A stretch of 64,000 nucleotides of DNA from Epiperipatus broadwayi (taxonomy: Eukaryota; Animalia; Onychophora), in the NCBI GenBank assembly GCA_028023455.1, contig JAQFVV010000007.1, positions 11,656,001 through 11,720,000 of the forward strand. Reading direction: 5' to 3'. This document shows, in pieces, positions 23,705-38,736 of this stretch. The notes beneath the pieces were generated by a model. That model saw only the letters and a list, made by a program, of their open reading frames with translations. It was not told the origin of the DNA and did no database searches. A program made the position numbers and the translations under genes. The first letter of the stretch is position 1. Each line of letters starts with the position of its first letter.

Positions 23705-26551
23705 TAAATTCAGTATAAACAAGATACTTGTATTTAAATTTTATATATATACCAATGCATTACATTGAAACAACACCTGAGAACATTAGAAAAATATGTA
23801 TGAGTCACAAAATTCACATCTTTGCTAGCCATTAGAAATCTAAAACAAATTTTAGGATGTTTTTTATAATTTTTTACTGCAAATAGATAAAATATTTGTT
23901 ATGATTTAGAAGAAGAGTTATACTTCAAAACTAATCATGTAATGAGAAACGGGAAAAGGTAAAATATTTTGTTAATATAAAAATTGAGATAAAATTTAGA
24001 GGAACTTTATCAAATATTGGATATGGCAATTGCATCTTTTGATGAGAGATTTTTTAAATGGAAGCCCACAACAAAAAGTTTGAATTTTTGTCAAATATAA
24101 ATAAAGTTGTAAAGCTGAATTAGAAAAACTTGAAAATAGGGTTTCAATCTACAATTTAATTTGAGAAATAGTGATAATAAAGGCATAAATGGGTAGGAAT
24201 GAAGAACTATATCTACTTAAAATTTATTTTCAAGTGAATTTCCTCAATTCAAAAATCCATTTGCAGGCAGAAAAATCTGCCTTGAACTTAGATTTTTTTC
24301 CTGTGTATGACCGAAGATTTGTCTCATATTTTCCACTAGGATGACCACATCAATACACATGTGCAGTGTAGATTTGATGTGCAGTGCTTTTTTAGTTGAG
24401 TTGGTTTAATTTCAATTTTGGCCTTGTAACAGTAAATATATAAATTTCCAACTTTAGTGAAACCATGAACCTGTTGAACAAATGTAAATTCGATTATGAA
24501 TATCATGTGTTTAATGAAGAATGAACAAATGAATATTTCTTTGGTAATACAGGAAATAAAGCAGTGTGTTTATTGTGTCATGAAAAAAGGTGTAGCCCTC
24601 CACTAATCTTTGCTTCCACAGTGTGGCCCTTGATGCAGTACTCCACTAACTTCCATTTCCGCAAAGTGTTCCCCAAGCCAAAATAATTCCCCACACCTGT
24701 TTTAATATATCCATGAAAATGATTTGACCATTTCATTCCAAATTAAAGCATACCATAAAGAATCTTACTACTTCTTCCTACAATTGTAGCTAATGGTGAG
24801 ATATTATTTTGGAAAGTTAAAAATATATAAAAAATATTTACATTCCACAACATCACAAGATCACCTGGTAATTTGTCAGTGACAGCTATATAGAAAGGCA
24901 TATGCAATATTCTCAATGTTGATGATATTGTATCTAAGTTTAGTTGTGTAAAATCTCAGAAAGTAAACTTTATTTAAAAGTATTTTTTTTATTGTTATCA
25001 TTAATAAAACATTAAAATGTATACAACATCATGTAGAATTTGTTTTCTTTTTTTATAGAAAGCCATCCCTCCATCAGGAAACAAAGGATAAGGGAAGTCC
25101 AAAAGTGCTAACATTACTGTTTTGCATAAAGATACTGATGACCCTTTCTCTAACATTGTGCATATGATTTAGATTGGCCTATATAATAAGAAAGTAGGTT
25201 TAAAGATAAGATGGCTACTTTTATTTTTTCAAAAGTCTCTATCTTGTGTCTTATTTCATGAGTTTCCTCAATACTTAACAAAACATCATTTAGATATAAA
25301 AAAAACAGTACAGCGCATGTGTTGGATAAAAAAATCATTACTATTTAAATTATATACTATTTCTGCACTAGTAAATAAAATCATATGTTACAAATTTAAA
25401 TTTATAACTATTTTTTTTACATTTTTAAATATTTAACCATCAAGTCAAAATGTCTGTTGGTGGTTATATTTAGACTGGAAGAACATGCTAAGTATTATCA
25501 AGTAGTCAGTTTCTTGGAATCATGTGATTTTGAAGCATTAGAACCTTCATTCAGGGAAATGCTACTGTACTCTAATTTATCTTAAAATAAATTATGTAAA
25601 CTAAATTATACATGGTAAAATATATATTTGTGGGTATTTAAAAACTTTCATTGTGTGTAACATTGGAAATTTTTTTTAGCAGCAAATCCTTTTTTCTCTC
25701 ACTTCAGCTATGTCACCTAACATAAGTTTGAGTTATTAAAAGAGGCAAGATTGTGTGACTAATAAACCCCTACCCATTTCTTTTCTATCTATATTCCAAG
25801 ACTAGTTTCTAATTTATGGTTTTTATTAATGAGCAGTCTTAGATATCAATCTACTGCCTCTGTATATTTTTCATCAACTGTGGTAAGTTTTGGAACTACA
25901 TTTAATGCACAGAATATTGATGATCTAATGCACCTTTCTTCCATTCAGCAGGAATTTTTTACACCTTTTTTATGACCAAGTCCAATATTCAAAATTATTT
26001 TAATATTCTGAATCTAAGTGTATAGTTATATTGATCTGGCATCCATTCAGCTTCTACATATTATAATGTTCTTAGTTTTTTAAATACCTTTAGATACCTT
26101 TACCGCATTACCAGGATTGATATAAGATTAAAAAAATATCACATGAATTCTGATTATATAATACTGTTTAAAAGCAAACCATTTTTTCTTTTATTTCAGA
26201 TATGTAATATTTACATGTTTGTAAAATTAATATTTCATCTAGCATTAAGATGTGACCACAAGTAAATAAATAAAATAGTTGAATGATTTTGAAAGATGTG
26301 AGGAGTTTGAGCACCAGAAATGACAGCTGAGGCTACAATCCATGGATTTGGAATTCTCTAATCCACCCTTTTACCATTGCACTAAATCACATAGGACATA
26401 TGTGATTATAATTTATATAATAAATCTAATAAATAATTATTTTAAATTAATTACTTTTGATAAATTTTTATGTCATTTTTTTTTTAGTTTTTAATAAGCA
26501 TGCACATTAATTGTGGTAAGATGCTATTTATAAAAAAATATGAATTGCTCC

Positions 26552-26587
26552 CTACTGAAGAAGCCTATTTAATGGTCAAAATTGTCA
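26552..26587 (+). ncRNA. Degenerate hammerhead-like motif
   Basis: CTGAAGA-A-GCC-tatttaat-GGT-CAAAA-TTGTC; second core box mutated. Confidence 0.35.
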
Positions 26588-26929
26588 TCTATTATTGGAA
26601 GGGTGGAATAGTAAAGTATTTTATTTGCATTGGGTAAATTTTAGAAGAGTTTATTATTATGGCACAATTATATTAATATTAATTATTTACTTATGCAGTT
26701 ATATTTTTATGTTATTATATTGTTAATTACTCATATGACATTTTAATGTCAAACAAACAGTTTTTCCAAATAGTCTAGCCAAAATGTTTTCTTAATTTTC
26801 TTTTAGGAAACAACCAATATATTATTTCCATTATGCCAGTATACACATATGTGAGAACATTGATTCTAATGCATTTTTGAAGAGACTCTTTATAATCATA
26901 AAGTGTATTCAAATAAATTTATTGAGAGA

Positions 26930-27300
26930 CACATATGGAAGTGGGATAGATTAGAGTTAGAGAAAGAAGCAAAGAAAAAAAAGCAGATGAGGAGAGTTGA
27001 AAATGAGAGAGAAGCAGAAAGAAATGGGGAAAAAGAAGTGAGAAGACAGATACAAGGAAAAATGAAAAGATAAAGGCCAAAAAGAGAGAAGAAAAGGGGG
27101 CAGGAAGAGAAAAAACTGTTAAAGACAGAGAATGAACAAAAAGAGAAAAGAAGAGAGATATGGGAGAAAAATGAGAGTGAAAGACAGAGAATGAACAAAA
27201 AGAGAGAAGAAAAAGAGAGAAGTGGGAAAAAAAGAGTGTGAAAGACAGAGAAAGAACAAAAGTCAGCAGAAAGAGTGAAGAGAGAGTAAGTTAGCGAAAG
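26930..27300. repeat. GA-rich low-complexity tract with ~60-bp tandem units
   Basis: AAAGACAGAGAA(T/A)GAACAAAA recurs at ~27121, ~27180 and ~27241. Confidence 0.8.
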
Positions 27301-28351
27301 ATAGAAATCGTAGAAGTTAGGGGGAGAGAGAAAAAAGAAACTGAGAAGAAGAATATCATTTCAGTGAGCATAATGAATAAACAAAAAAAAAAATTTCTTG
27401 TACATATATATATATGGTCAATAAATTCGTAATTTATTCTTTTACTGTATGACACACTTTTTCCTTTTTTTAACACTAATATTCAACAAATTTTGCCGTC
27501 AGTTCTGGTCAAATTAAAAAAAAAAATCAATTAACAATAAAACTTTGAAAGGAAAAGTCGCCCTTTTTTCGGCCAAGTCATTGAAATTGTATTAAACTTA
27601 GTGTAAAATCATCTTCGAACAATTTAATCTTTAACTTGGGAAGCCAGTGGATAGCTTTTGCGAGCCAGCTGTCAAAAAAATGTGTGTATTAAGACCATAT
27701 GATGGTCCTTTTTTTAAAAAAACGCAGCTTTGATTAGACCTAGACTAACGTTGGTCATCTTTGCAGAGATGTTCGTCTATTAAGTAGCCATGGATTCTAC
27801 TGATCGCGCACACATCCGTCAGTCTCACCTGCACATTCCAATACATCAAATTTTAGATTTATACCGTCAGAAATTGCAAAAGCTATTTTCATAATAAAAG
27901 CAGCTTGAAGTGATTCTAAACCTTAAAAATGATTTTTTTATATATTTTATGGATAACCTTTTACACTCCAAGATTATATTTATGTTTAATCATGTGAGAA
28001 GGACTTATTTTAAAAATATATATCAAATAGTTGTTTTGTAATGATATATTACGTAAATATTCAGTCAGTTAAAAAAACACAGCTTATTTTAAATTAGTTG
28101 TAATAGTTATTATTATATATGTGAATCACGTCACTGAATGAGTGTTGCGCTGACAACAGTTTGTTGATATTCTACTTTTTTATTTAGGCATTGCTCGTAA
28201 TGATATGTTTTACATATGATAACTAGGTGCTGTTCGGACTTATGGTATAAGGGATATATATCTGGATCTGCTAACGCAAATTATCATTTTACATTAACAT
28301 AGAAATCTAATAATATGAGGAATAATGAAAAATATAGTAACATCATTTAGT

Positions 28352-29080
28352 AATATATATTAAGGCTATAACCTTAAGACCATGCACATGAAAAAACGAC
28401 AGTAAGGACCTCTACAATCTTAACACAAGATTTATTTAAATGACAAGAACAGCCACTCTTATCTTCAATCTACTTTTTAAATATATAGGAGAATCTAAAG
28501 CATTATGATTTGAAAGTGTCAGGCAATATATTAAATACTTCACTGATTAAGTCCACAATTTCTATAACATGCTAACATTCACAAAGTCTTATGATTTACA
28601 ATGAGTCAGTGTTGAGATCTTATGCTTAGAAATCTTTTAAGATAATATAAAGTTATAATAATTAAATTTGTAAAATACATACTCATTATGTAAAGTAATA
28701 TATTAAGGCTATAACTTTAAGACCATCCGCCTGAAAAAATGACAGTAAAGACCTCCACAAATAAGATCTTAACACTGACCCATTGTAAATTGTAAGATTT
28801 TGCAAATGTTAGCATATTATAGAAATTGTGGACTTAATCAGTGAGGTATTTATTTAATAGCCTCATGCTCTCAAATCATAATGCTTTATATTCTTCTATA
28901 TATTTAAAAAGTAGTTGAAGATAAAAGTGGCTGCTTTTGTCTTTTAAGTCAATCTTGTGTTAAGATTTGTAGAGGTCCTTACTGTCATTTTTTAAATGCA
29001 TGGTCTTAAGGATATAGCCTTAATATATATATATATATTACTTTATGTAATGAATATGAACTTTACAAATTTAATTATTA
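28352..29080. mobile_element. Tandem-plus-inverted composite of the ~350-bp repeat, flanked by 14-bp direct repeat
   Basis: Unit 28360-28700, partial tandem unit 28704-28765 and inverted unit ~28770-29084. TAACATCATTTAGT occurs at 28338-28351 and 29081-29094. Confidence 0.75.
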
Positions 29081-29285
29081 TAACATCATTTAGTTAATAG
29101 TGAAAAAACAAAAAAATATGTATAATATTGGAAAATGCTTTACTTATTTATATAGCAATATCATCACTCCGTTTATATTGCTTTTGTACAAACTATAGAA
29201 CTATTAATAAAATTCTGCTAACATCTCTTAATTCCATAATGAATATCATCTTTTGTCTTTTTTTTAAAAATAAAAATATATACTT

Positions 29286-29376
29286 GTCAAGTATGGTGGG
29301 CTAATGGTTAGCATAGCTGCCTTCCAAGCAGCTGGCCCGGGGTCGCTTTCCGGTTAATGCATTTGACATATGAAAA
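29286..29376 (+). mobile_element. tRNA-Gly(TCC)-derived short SINE/retropseudogene
   Basis: TGGTTAGCATAGCTGCCTTCCAAGCAG matches eukaryotic tRNA-Gly(TCC). Degenerate T arm; trailer TTTGACATATGAAAA. Confidence 0.8.
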
Positions 29377-29589
29377 TATATATATATACTTAGCAGGATT
29401 TTACCCCTTTTCAAATATAGGAAACATTCACTGCAACTTTTGAATAACATTTTTTAATATATAATTATAAAGCATGCTACTGTTAGTAAGAAAAATTTTT
29501 GCAATCATAACTTATCCAGGATTTTTTTTTTGCAAACACTTTTACAGGGTTTTTAATTCTTTTAATTACTAAGTATCATCTCAAAGAGA

Positions 29590-30900
29590 TAATCATCATT
29601 ATCACCATTATCATCAACCATTATCAATCCACTGCAGGATGAAGGGCTCTCAAAGTTCAATCTGTCTTCTCTTCTCCACATCACACCAGCACACTTTCTT
29701 ATTTCATCCATCCATCTCACACATGGTCTCTTTCTGGATCTTTTACAATCTTTTGGAATCCAGTTTAAGATTTCAATTGTCCATCTATTATCATCTCTTC
29801 AAACAATATGTTCCACCCAACTCCACTTCAGTCTTTTAACTTTTTCAATGAGGTCAGTAACACCTGTTTGTTCTCTTATTAATATATTGCATTGTTGATC
29901 TTTTTTTGTTACTCCCAACATGCATCTTTGTATACATCTTTGAGTGTTCTGAAGTCTCTGTATTGCTCTTCTATTAAGTGTCCAAATCTCAGATTCATAA
30001 TAAGAACTGATAAAACACGCTTATTAAAAACCTTCCTTTTCAAACACATAGGCATATTTTTTTTAATATCAGTTATTTCTACCAAGAGCAATCCAAACAA
30101 GTTTAATTCTATGATTAATTTCATCCATTATCTTTCCATCTGTATTAATAATTTGACCAAAATATTTGTAACTGTTAACTTCTTCTAATTCATCATAGTC
30201 AATTTTTATTTTCATATTTTGAGAAAATCGATTAAACATTACTTTGGTCTTTTTAACATTTATCTTTAGTCCTATTTTCCTACTTTTATCTGATAACTCT
30301 GTAACATTTTCAGAAGCTCTAAAGCATTATTGCAAAAACAACTGCATCAGCTGCAAAATCTTAATGACTTAAATAATCACCATTTATTTTCACTCCTTCA
30401 GCTTCCCATTTTAATCCACAAAATATTTCTTGCAGCACTGTTGTAAAAAGTTTTGGAGATATGGAGTCACCCTGTCTTACACCCTCCTCAATGTTGAGTT
30501 TTCTAATATTGTTATCTAATCTAATTGCAGCTGTTGCATTTTTATAAATATTTTTTAAAATATGACAATATTCTGGATCTATACCTTGATAATCTAATGC
30601 TTTAATCATTAAAGAAATGTTTATATCAAATGCCTTTTCATAATCTACAAATCCAAAGCATAATGGCAATTCATTTATTTGTCCTTTTATAACTTCTTTC
30701 AATACCTGGATATGATCTACTCTAGTAAAACCACTCTTAAATCCATCTTGTTTTCTTTGTTTGTGGAAATCCAATGTTCTCAATAGATGAGTTGTAATTA
30801 TGTTGTTAAAATTTTTTGTATAAAACTGATAATAGGCTGATAAGTCTGTAATTGCTAATATCTCCTTATATATTTTTGATTATCACAATCTTTTGATCTT
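29590..30900 (-). mobile_element. 5'-truncated RTE-type LINE (RT + 3' end)
   Basis: ORF 30361-30783 has Q.GF.SGF, FVDYEKAFD and GVRQGDSISPKLF. LKRKVFNKRVL at ~30050; GAT-rich tail at ~29590. Confidence 0.85.
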
Positions 30901-33900
30901 TGCATTTTTATTCCATAAAATCAAATAAATTTTTGCAGTATTCAAGCTAATCATTAATAACTTCATTCATACTTTATTTCAGGCAGCATACTGATTTACA
31001 ATTAATAGTTTTTAAAAATTTTGTATCATTCTTTCATAACTGCAGCACATTTGAATATTAAAATTAGATAAGTAGTGAATACAATGCATAATACATTGAG
31101 GAGATGCATCCAATAAATGTAATAGAGTTTAGACAAATTTGATTTTTTTCCTGCTAGTAATTCACCTCTAACACTTATTTATTGGTACAAAAAGGCATAT
31201 ACCTTCTTTAAACATGAATATTATTTATGTAGCATAATTTTGTTTACATCACACAGGGAACAGTTTCTATCAACTTTTAACACCTTTTGGAGGGGTACAT
31301 TTATAAACATATGACTGAAATCATGGGAAAAGATGTATGAGTTCTAAGATGTACATTTTGTACTGAACCAGTACTCACCAGTTGGCCCAGGTCACTATAT
31401 TTTACACAGATTTTTATCATTAATGAGTGACAAATTTACTGCCTTTACAACTTTGACACAAACTACCTAATAAATATATATTAATATTTTTTATCAGTCA
31501 TTCATTAGACTAAAGATTATCCATTTAATGAATAATACTTTTGTAATATAACTTTCACTACACCATTCTTATCTAAGATAGGGACTGATGTCCATCCACT
31601 TTTAACACTTTGTAGAGGAGTTATCGTAAACATATGACCAAAGACATGAAAAAAAATGCTCCTCAAGATGCTTATTTTATGTTGGACCAGAACTCATGAT
31701 TTGGCCAGATTATTACCCTGCATGAAAGAATGCTGTAGTGAAAATCGCATGACATAAATATTATTCATTAAGTGGATAATTTCTAGTCTAACAAATGACA
31801 AATAAAATTAATTGATAGGTAGATCTCTTTTGTCTAATAATTATTTATGCTTTTACTACTTTGTGTATTTTTTACTGAGTATAATAACAAAAAAACACAT
31901 AAATTAAATAATTTAGTACAATATTAACAACCATTGGACATGGCTTGAGTAAAAGACAGTTTTCAAATTAGTATTTAACTTGAAAATCACTTCTTTACTA
32001 ACTTGGTGTTATTTTCTTATTTCAATGCAAACCTTTATTTTATGAGAGGCAATTAAGACAAATTTTATTTTTCTATATTACTACAGATAGACAAAATGAT
32101 ATACACTACACCATGTCATTGGTATACAGTTATATTTCTATGTTCAGTTAATTGCTAAAATCCCTATTGGTTAATTGAGTTAATATTCTAAACTTTTGAT
32201 TGGTCAATTACAAAATCAGCAGTAAATATATAGTTGTCTTCTAAAATTATATTTGTTTTAGTTATGTTTCTAAAATGCAAATTAATAATTTGTCAGATTT
32301 TAAAATAAATAAAGAAAAATTTAAAAATAAATGTCTATTTATAATTGATGAAAATAATGTATAGCAGTCAACATAAAATGTATTTTTGGCCATCCTTTTA
32401 CAAAGAACAGCCAAGTGTCATTGATTTATTTATCGATGTCTTCTTGTAAAAGAAAATGTTTTCTAATAAAATCTGAATTTCTTTTTTAAAATAATTAATA
32501 TTTTATAACTATTTTGTAAAAAAGTGTATAGAAAAAATGTTTTTATTTTTAATATCAAAATGAAGAAATAGAACTGTCAAAATTGTTGACAGACACTCTC
32601 CTGTGGAGAGAACAAGAAATGACTGATCATGATTTGAAGGTGTGTATTGTTGTTATTGTAATAGCATTAAATTTAAATATTATTGATTTATTAGTTTTAA
32701 AAAATACTGAAGATGGCAGCATTTTTCAGTATGTTTTTTCTATAAAAATAAACTTAAAATCAGCAAAAACGATATTAAAAATAATGATTAGAAAATAAGT
32801 TGAAGTTGCATATGAGATTAATTGTTTCATGCTGCTAAAGAGTTAACATTATTTTAATCTTGATGTTTTTAAAATATGATGACATCACATTTCTGATTTT
32901 AATTACAACTTTTTTGCATTATCCTTTAGTGTCATTGTAATTACTGTTTAGCATTTTATTTTAGTATTAAAACCATTATTTTATATTATGAATCAATAAA
33001 TCATCTTTGATTTATTTCAAATAAAAGTTTGCAAACAAAAAACATTCTAAAAATATATTTCATCTTTCAAAATATTAGAAAAAATAAAGTGAAATATGTT
33101 AAGGGAATATTAACTTTTTTCTTATTTGTCAATAATAGCATTGTCAGTAAAAAAGAATCTATATTTGGTTAACTCAACTTCATGAATAAAATGTGAATTA
33201 TTATTAAGTCATCATAAAACTATAAAAAATATGTTTTAAAATTTGAAATTGCATTTATATTTATTGAAATAACACAAAAGTTTTGTACTACAGTGTTTGG
33301 CAGAGATTTACTGATCAAAGTTACATTTTTATTATTACTATGAATTTCTTGATTTGTATTTTTAAAATAAAACATAGAATAAAATGAATATGCAATCATA
33401 AAATATTTATTTTTTTATAATTATTATACAAAAATTTTGTAAGAATAATCATAAACATTTAAAATAAACTACAAAAAATATACAATGATTTTTTTTTCTA
33501 ACAACTATATGAGTTTACAAATAGTATTGCGAATGTTCTCTCAAGGAAACATCCAATCAGTGGCTTTTTTATAAATAACTAATAAGTGGCTCTCTTGAAA
33601 ACTATCAATCAGTCCCCTTGTTAAAATCTACCAATCAGTTGTTTTGTCAGCTCATTTGTAGTATTTTTTCTGTAAATACTGGCATCTGCAAATCTAAATT
33701 AATATATCAATATTTTATTAATTTAAGTGTCTAAAATCAAATGAATACATAATCAAAAAATACCTTATATATAGTTATAAGAGTAAAACAAAACTGAAAA
33801 TAACAGAACATCAATTAATACTTCATAATATTATTAAACTGTAAATTAGTTCATTAATGATATGTGTGAAATTGTGTAGATGCATATAGAAAAAGCTATA

Positions 33901-36900
33901 CTAACATTCAGAACAGAACTGCTTATGAAAAAGTAGGGTTTTAAAGCCATTTATATTAATATATTTTATGAATTGATTATATTTATCAAATATTACTAAA
34001 TTTGATAATGAATTTTACTATATCTTCTATACCAATAGTTTTTCATAAGAAGAGTCTGCAATTTTAAATTTATTATTTTCTTCAGTTCAATTTAATGCTT
34101 ATAATGATTAGCATCTACTTAGACTAATGATATCAACAATTATTTTAAAGTAAAAGATATATACTCTCTTAAAAATTTTATAAAATGGCAAATTAAAAAT
34201 AAATATGATTATCAGGTACTGACATTGGCTTTATAGAATCTCTTAAGAATGATACTGAGAATTTTGGGAAATGTGAAACGTGGAAAAATGAATAATTAGT
34301 AAACCACCATTTGATCCTTTTATATAATGCTTTTGTATTTAACTTTACTTTCATCATCTTTATTCAATTTTATGTATCAATAAATTGTATTTAATTTTTT
34401 AAAAATATAAGTTTACGAACAAACAACATGCTTAAAGTTTATATTTGAAGGTAAAAAATATAGAAAAAATATTATAAAGTGAAACAAATTAAAATACATA
34501 CTATTTATGTTATTAAAAATAAATTAAAAATATCTTTCTTGATGTAATATCATTTTCTAAACATAATCAAATAATTATAAAGTCATTGTAAGTTTTTAAT
34601 TTTCAATCTGCATTTATGATTATTAAGCCATCCCAAAATTTTTGTACTATGTTATTTGATAAAACATAGTTACCTTTTTATTATTACCTCAGATATTTCT
34701 AGAAATAAAAAATACTTTGAAAAAAAAAGTAAGCAGAATCATGGAATTTTTTTTAATAATTATAAGGCAAATATATGATAAAAAATTTTTGTTCATTGTC
34801 TGTACTTTTTATCCCTATATCTTTTTTTGTTTCATGAGTGCACAATCAACCTCAAACCATTGTTAAAAAGTATACAAAATGTGTTCAACCCTTTAATGCA
34901 TCTGTATATACTCATGCACTAAGGACCATTTCACAATAAAAATATAATGTAGTGATAAAAAGAATAAAGACTGCTTTAACTCATATTGTTACTATCTCAA
35001 ATTTTACCCAGAAACATCATGAACAAAACTTGGCAATAATAATTTATCTCAGTTGTGCTTTTTTATAGCTTAAATTATTATTTCATTCAACATTTAGATC
35101 AGATTTCATTTTTGAAAATAAATATCTAGTCTGTTTTTTAGTTTAATTATCATGATTATGTAATTTTAGATCAGACTACTTTTCAATTTGGGATCATACT
35201 TCATTACAGTTAAACATGTTATTGTGTTACATGTACTATAACGGTTGCAGTTTAATTATGATTTTGTCTATATAAAACATTTATTCTATTGTAAATAAGT
35301 TAATAATTGTACATAGTTTAGTAATAAAACTTTTTGTAACAAGTAAAAGTAGTCTTGCAGCAATTCTCTCAAAGAATTTACCAATAAGCACTTTGGGATG
35401 AAGCTTTAACTTCTTTGAAAAAACTTAACTTATGAAATACTGACCTCTTCAAATTTTTTAAACTAATAATTTAATATGTTATGAATTCCAATTTCAGCCT
35501 CCAAGTGAAGACAAAATTCACAAAATAGGACAAGTAGCAGCCAGAGAGTGATAAAAAACTGAAGAAACAATAGCATGATCCCCAAATGATGGATTGTGAT
35601 CTTATTAATCAATAAAAAGGCATACAAAACCAAATTTATTTATTAAATATTTTATATTTCAGATTAATAAAACAGCAAAGTAATAACAAAACTATGATAA
35701 AATTGTTTTTGAAAATGTTAGTACATTGTTCATCAACATTCTTATATGAAATCAATTGAAAACATTCGTATGGATATAAACTTCCCTATGCAATTTGACA
35801 CAGTTGACAAAGCATCCTGACCTGAGATTTGGAGATTGATGCTGGTGCTTGAACATTTTATGAACTCCCATGCAATAAAGGCATTAGCATTTTTTGGATA
35901 TAAACTAAATGCAAAATAACTTTTAATGAAGGTGCAAAATTTAGATGATATGAAAACCTAGCTACATACATTTCTAGTCTATAACTTTATTGATTAGTAA
36001 TTTTATTAAAACTGGTTTATCTAACCATTTATTTATTGTTTCAATATCTCATTCAGTTACCTCATATTTAGAGTAAACTTAAGTGCTCCCTCAAGCCAGC
36101 ATGTTGTTTATTTACTGTGCTATCTACTTGCATTCTAGATTAAGAAGAAATTCCTGATGTCAGATGTATGACAAATAATGGAGACTTTCTTTAACTTTTT
36201 AAGACTGATTTACAGAATGAATAAATTTATCATGTTTTTCTATCATGAAATGCCTTTTTTAAAACAGGTGTAATTTTATTAGCTAAATTTAAAAATTATA
36301 CAAATTAAATATGTGCATTTGCTAGACTATTTGTATCTCTTTGGTGAATCTTGATACAAAATTTTTATAATTTTATTAAACATTTTTCTATGCATTTTGC
36401 ACAATGTGATTTCAATATTTTAATATTTCACCTTTTTAAAAATAGCTGTCAGATTTGACAACTCGACAGCCTTTTTCAGACTTGCAATGTACACAATGCA
36501 TTTAAGTGTTCTGTTAAAAACAAATTAAACATGATTAACAACATTAATATATATATACATTCAAAACTATAAAAATATTTAAAATAATTTAAGTCTGATT
36601 TTTTTATGTATTAAATATTACCTATGACTTAACATTCAAATTTAATTTAATTTTGAAATTAGATGATCTTAAATTATTTATTTACTAGATCAATTTGTTT
36701 TAAGATTTAGATATTTATGCATAATATTTAGTTTCTGTGTTTTTTCAACATAATTGAGAATTATAACAAACTGTCAAATCTTTAAAGGTGATATGAAATC
36801 AATTTTTCTATATGGATGTTAAATTGGTCAATAGTTTATCAATTAATTCAGAAGTAACAAACATTTATCAATAGATGTCTCCATAGTATTTTGATTGTGC

Positions 36901-37559
36901 AGTTGCTAAAATGAATATAAATGAAAATGGTATGTTGGAAAACTATGCAAATATCTATTCAATTGAATATTACATATAAAAATATGAACAATATATTGTA
37001 AGAAAATATTTAATATAATCATCATAAGAATACTAACATGAAATCAAATTTAAAGGGCTAAAGGGAGTGTATGTAAAGCATTCCAAAAATTTGGAGAAAT
37101 ATGGGATGACTTAAATAGAGAGTAGAAGATTGAACTATATGAAAGTGATTATATAAAGTTATAAACTTAGTTTTTAGGAATGCATAAAATAAAAAGCAGC
37201 CATGTAGCAGATTGATCAAAATAACTGACTAAACAGATGATTGAATGACCAATCATTAGTTCTTTAAGCTGCTGTATTTTTAATATGTAAATGGCAGAGT
37301 ATATAGATTATGTATATAGATTATATGACAAATTAATCGAGAGTAGTAGTTACAAGTTTCATTATGCCTAAGCAATATTTTTTTTTCAATCTTATTTCAG
37401 TCTTTCTTTAAAAATTGGAGTACTATGGAATTCTGCTTTACTTATATTATGTCATCATTCATCCACTATTAGTACTTTATATGTCAGTTTCCTTGATTTT
37501 AAAAATTGTTTTATAAAATAACATTTTTTTTTCTAATTAAAAAAATACTAAAAAGTAAA

Positions 37560-38180
37560 AGTAGTGCTCAACCAATTTTTCAGTGGAGAAGATTAAGATT
37601 GATAATTATAAATACCTCATACAGATGGAAATATAATGAATAAATTAATCATGGAATTAAACTTGAATGGAGTGCTTTCTGTAGAAATAATTTAACATGA
37701 AAAGGAAATATGGTAATATATCACTCATATAAAAATATAAACCAATGTGTTTACAAAATAAGGTTTTTAATAAATGTATTTTACCAGTTGTTAATCACAA
37801 AACTGATACTTGGACATTTAACAGAAGCGTAATATAAAGATTTTAGAACAATCAAACAAATGTGGAGAGATGCATGTTAGGAGTAACAGATAAAAATGGA
37901 AACTGAAATACATGGGTGAAACACCAAATAAGTAATATGCACATATTTGAAACAATTAAGAAGCTGAAATAAAGCATGATGGATATATTACTATAAAAAG
38001 TGATATATAAAAAGATGAAGTCTAACACTGGATTCCAAGAGTTTATAAAAGGCTTAGGAGAAGACTCAATGTTAAATAGCTGGATGAAATAAGGAAATTT
38101 GTTGGTAAGATATGAGGAAGAGAGGTTAGAGATTGAAGAAACTGAATTAAACTTGGTGTTACTTTCATCTGCAGTCAACT
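37560..38180 (+). mobile_element. RTE-type LINE 3' fragment, degraded
   Basis: KVFNKCILPVV...W and ERCMLGVT remnants; ends TTCATCTGCAGT like the other RTE copies. Confidence 0.7.
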
Positions 38181-38228
38181 AATAATTAAAATTATATATA
38201 TATATATATGTGAGTGTAAATAATAATT

Positions 38229-38289
<61 letters not shown>

Positions 38290-38403
38290 AGTGTAAATAT
38301 TAATTAATTCTAAATATTTGATGATCTTTTCTTTGATTAATGTAATTCTTATAAACTCATTGTAACTGATTAGTACAAAAAGATAAAAGTTAAAATTCCA
38401 AAC

Positions 38404-38736
38404 TTTTTTAATGCACTAAGCATACTTTTGGAAGATCACTACCAGAATTATAATGCTGTTTTAATTTAGCCATTAAAATATCCCTATATATGAATGTAGT
38501 TTATTATGTCAATGAGGCTAAATATGTGAAAGTAGCATTTAAATGTTCCATTTTCAACAATCAAATGCATAAATTCTTTCTGTTAATTGCATTTGGATCC
38601 TTTGCAACTATCCAAAACATTTTATTTTTTTCTATGCTCTCTTTTATGATAAATCATAATTTTCAATTGCTAAATTGATACAGTATTATGATTCTGGCAG
38701 TAGTCTGCTAAAAGCATGCTTAGTGCATTATAAAAA
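38404..38736. mobile_element. MITE-like element with ~70-bp imperfect TIRs
   Basis: TAATGCACTAAGCAT(A/G)CTTTT...CCAGAAT(T/C)ATAAT at the left end is mirrored at 38670-38736. Confidence 0.6.

Noticed and set aside
26896-27198. 100-aa F/S/L-rich membrane protein
   Set aside because: It is a translation of the GA-rich low-complexity tract.
29291-29361. Functional tRNA-Gly(TCC) gene (also 9960-10029)
   Set aside because: T arm/B box and acceptor stem are degenerate and an A-tail follows; these are retrocopies.
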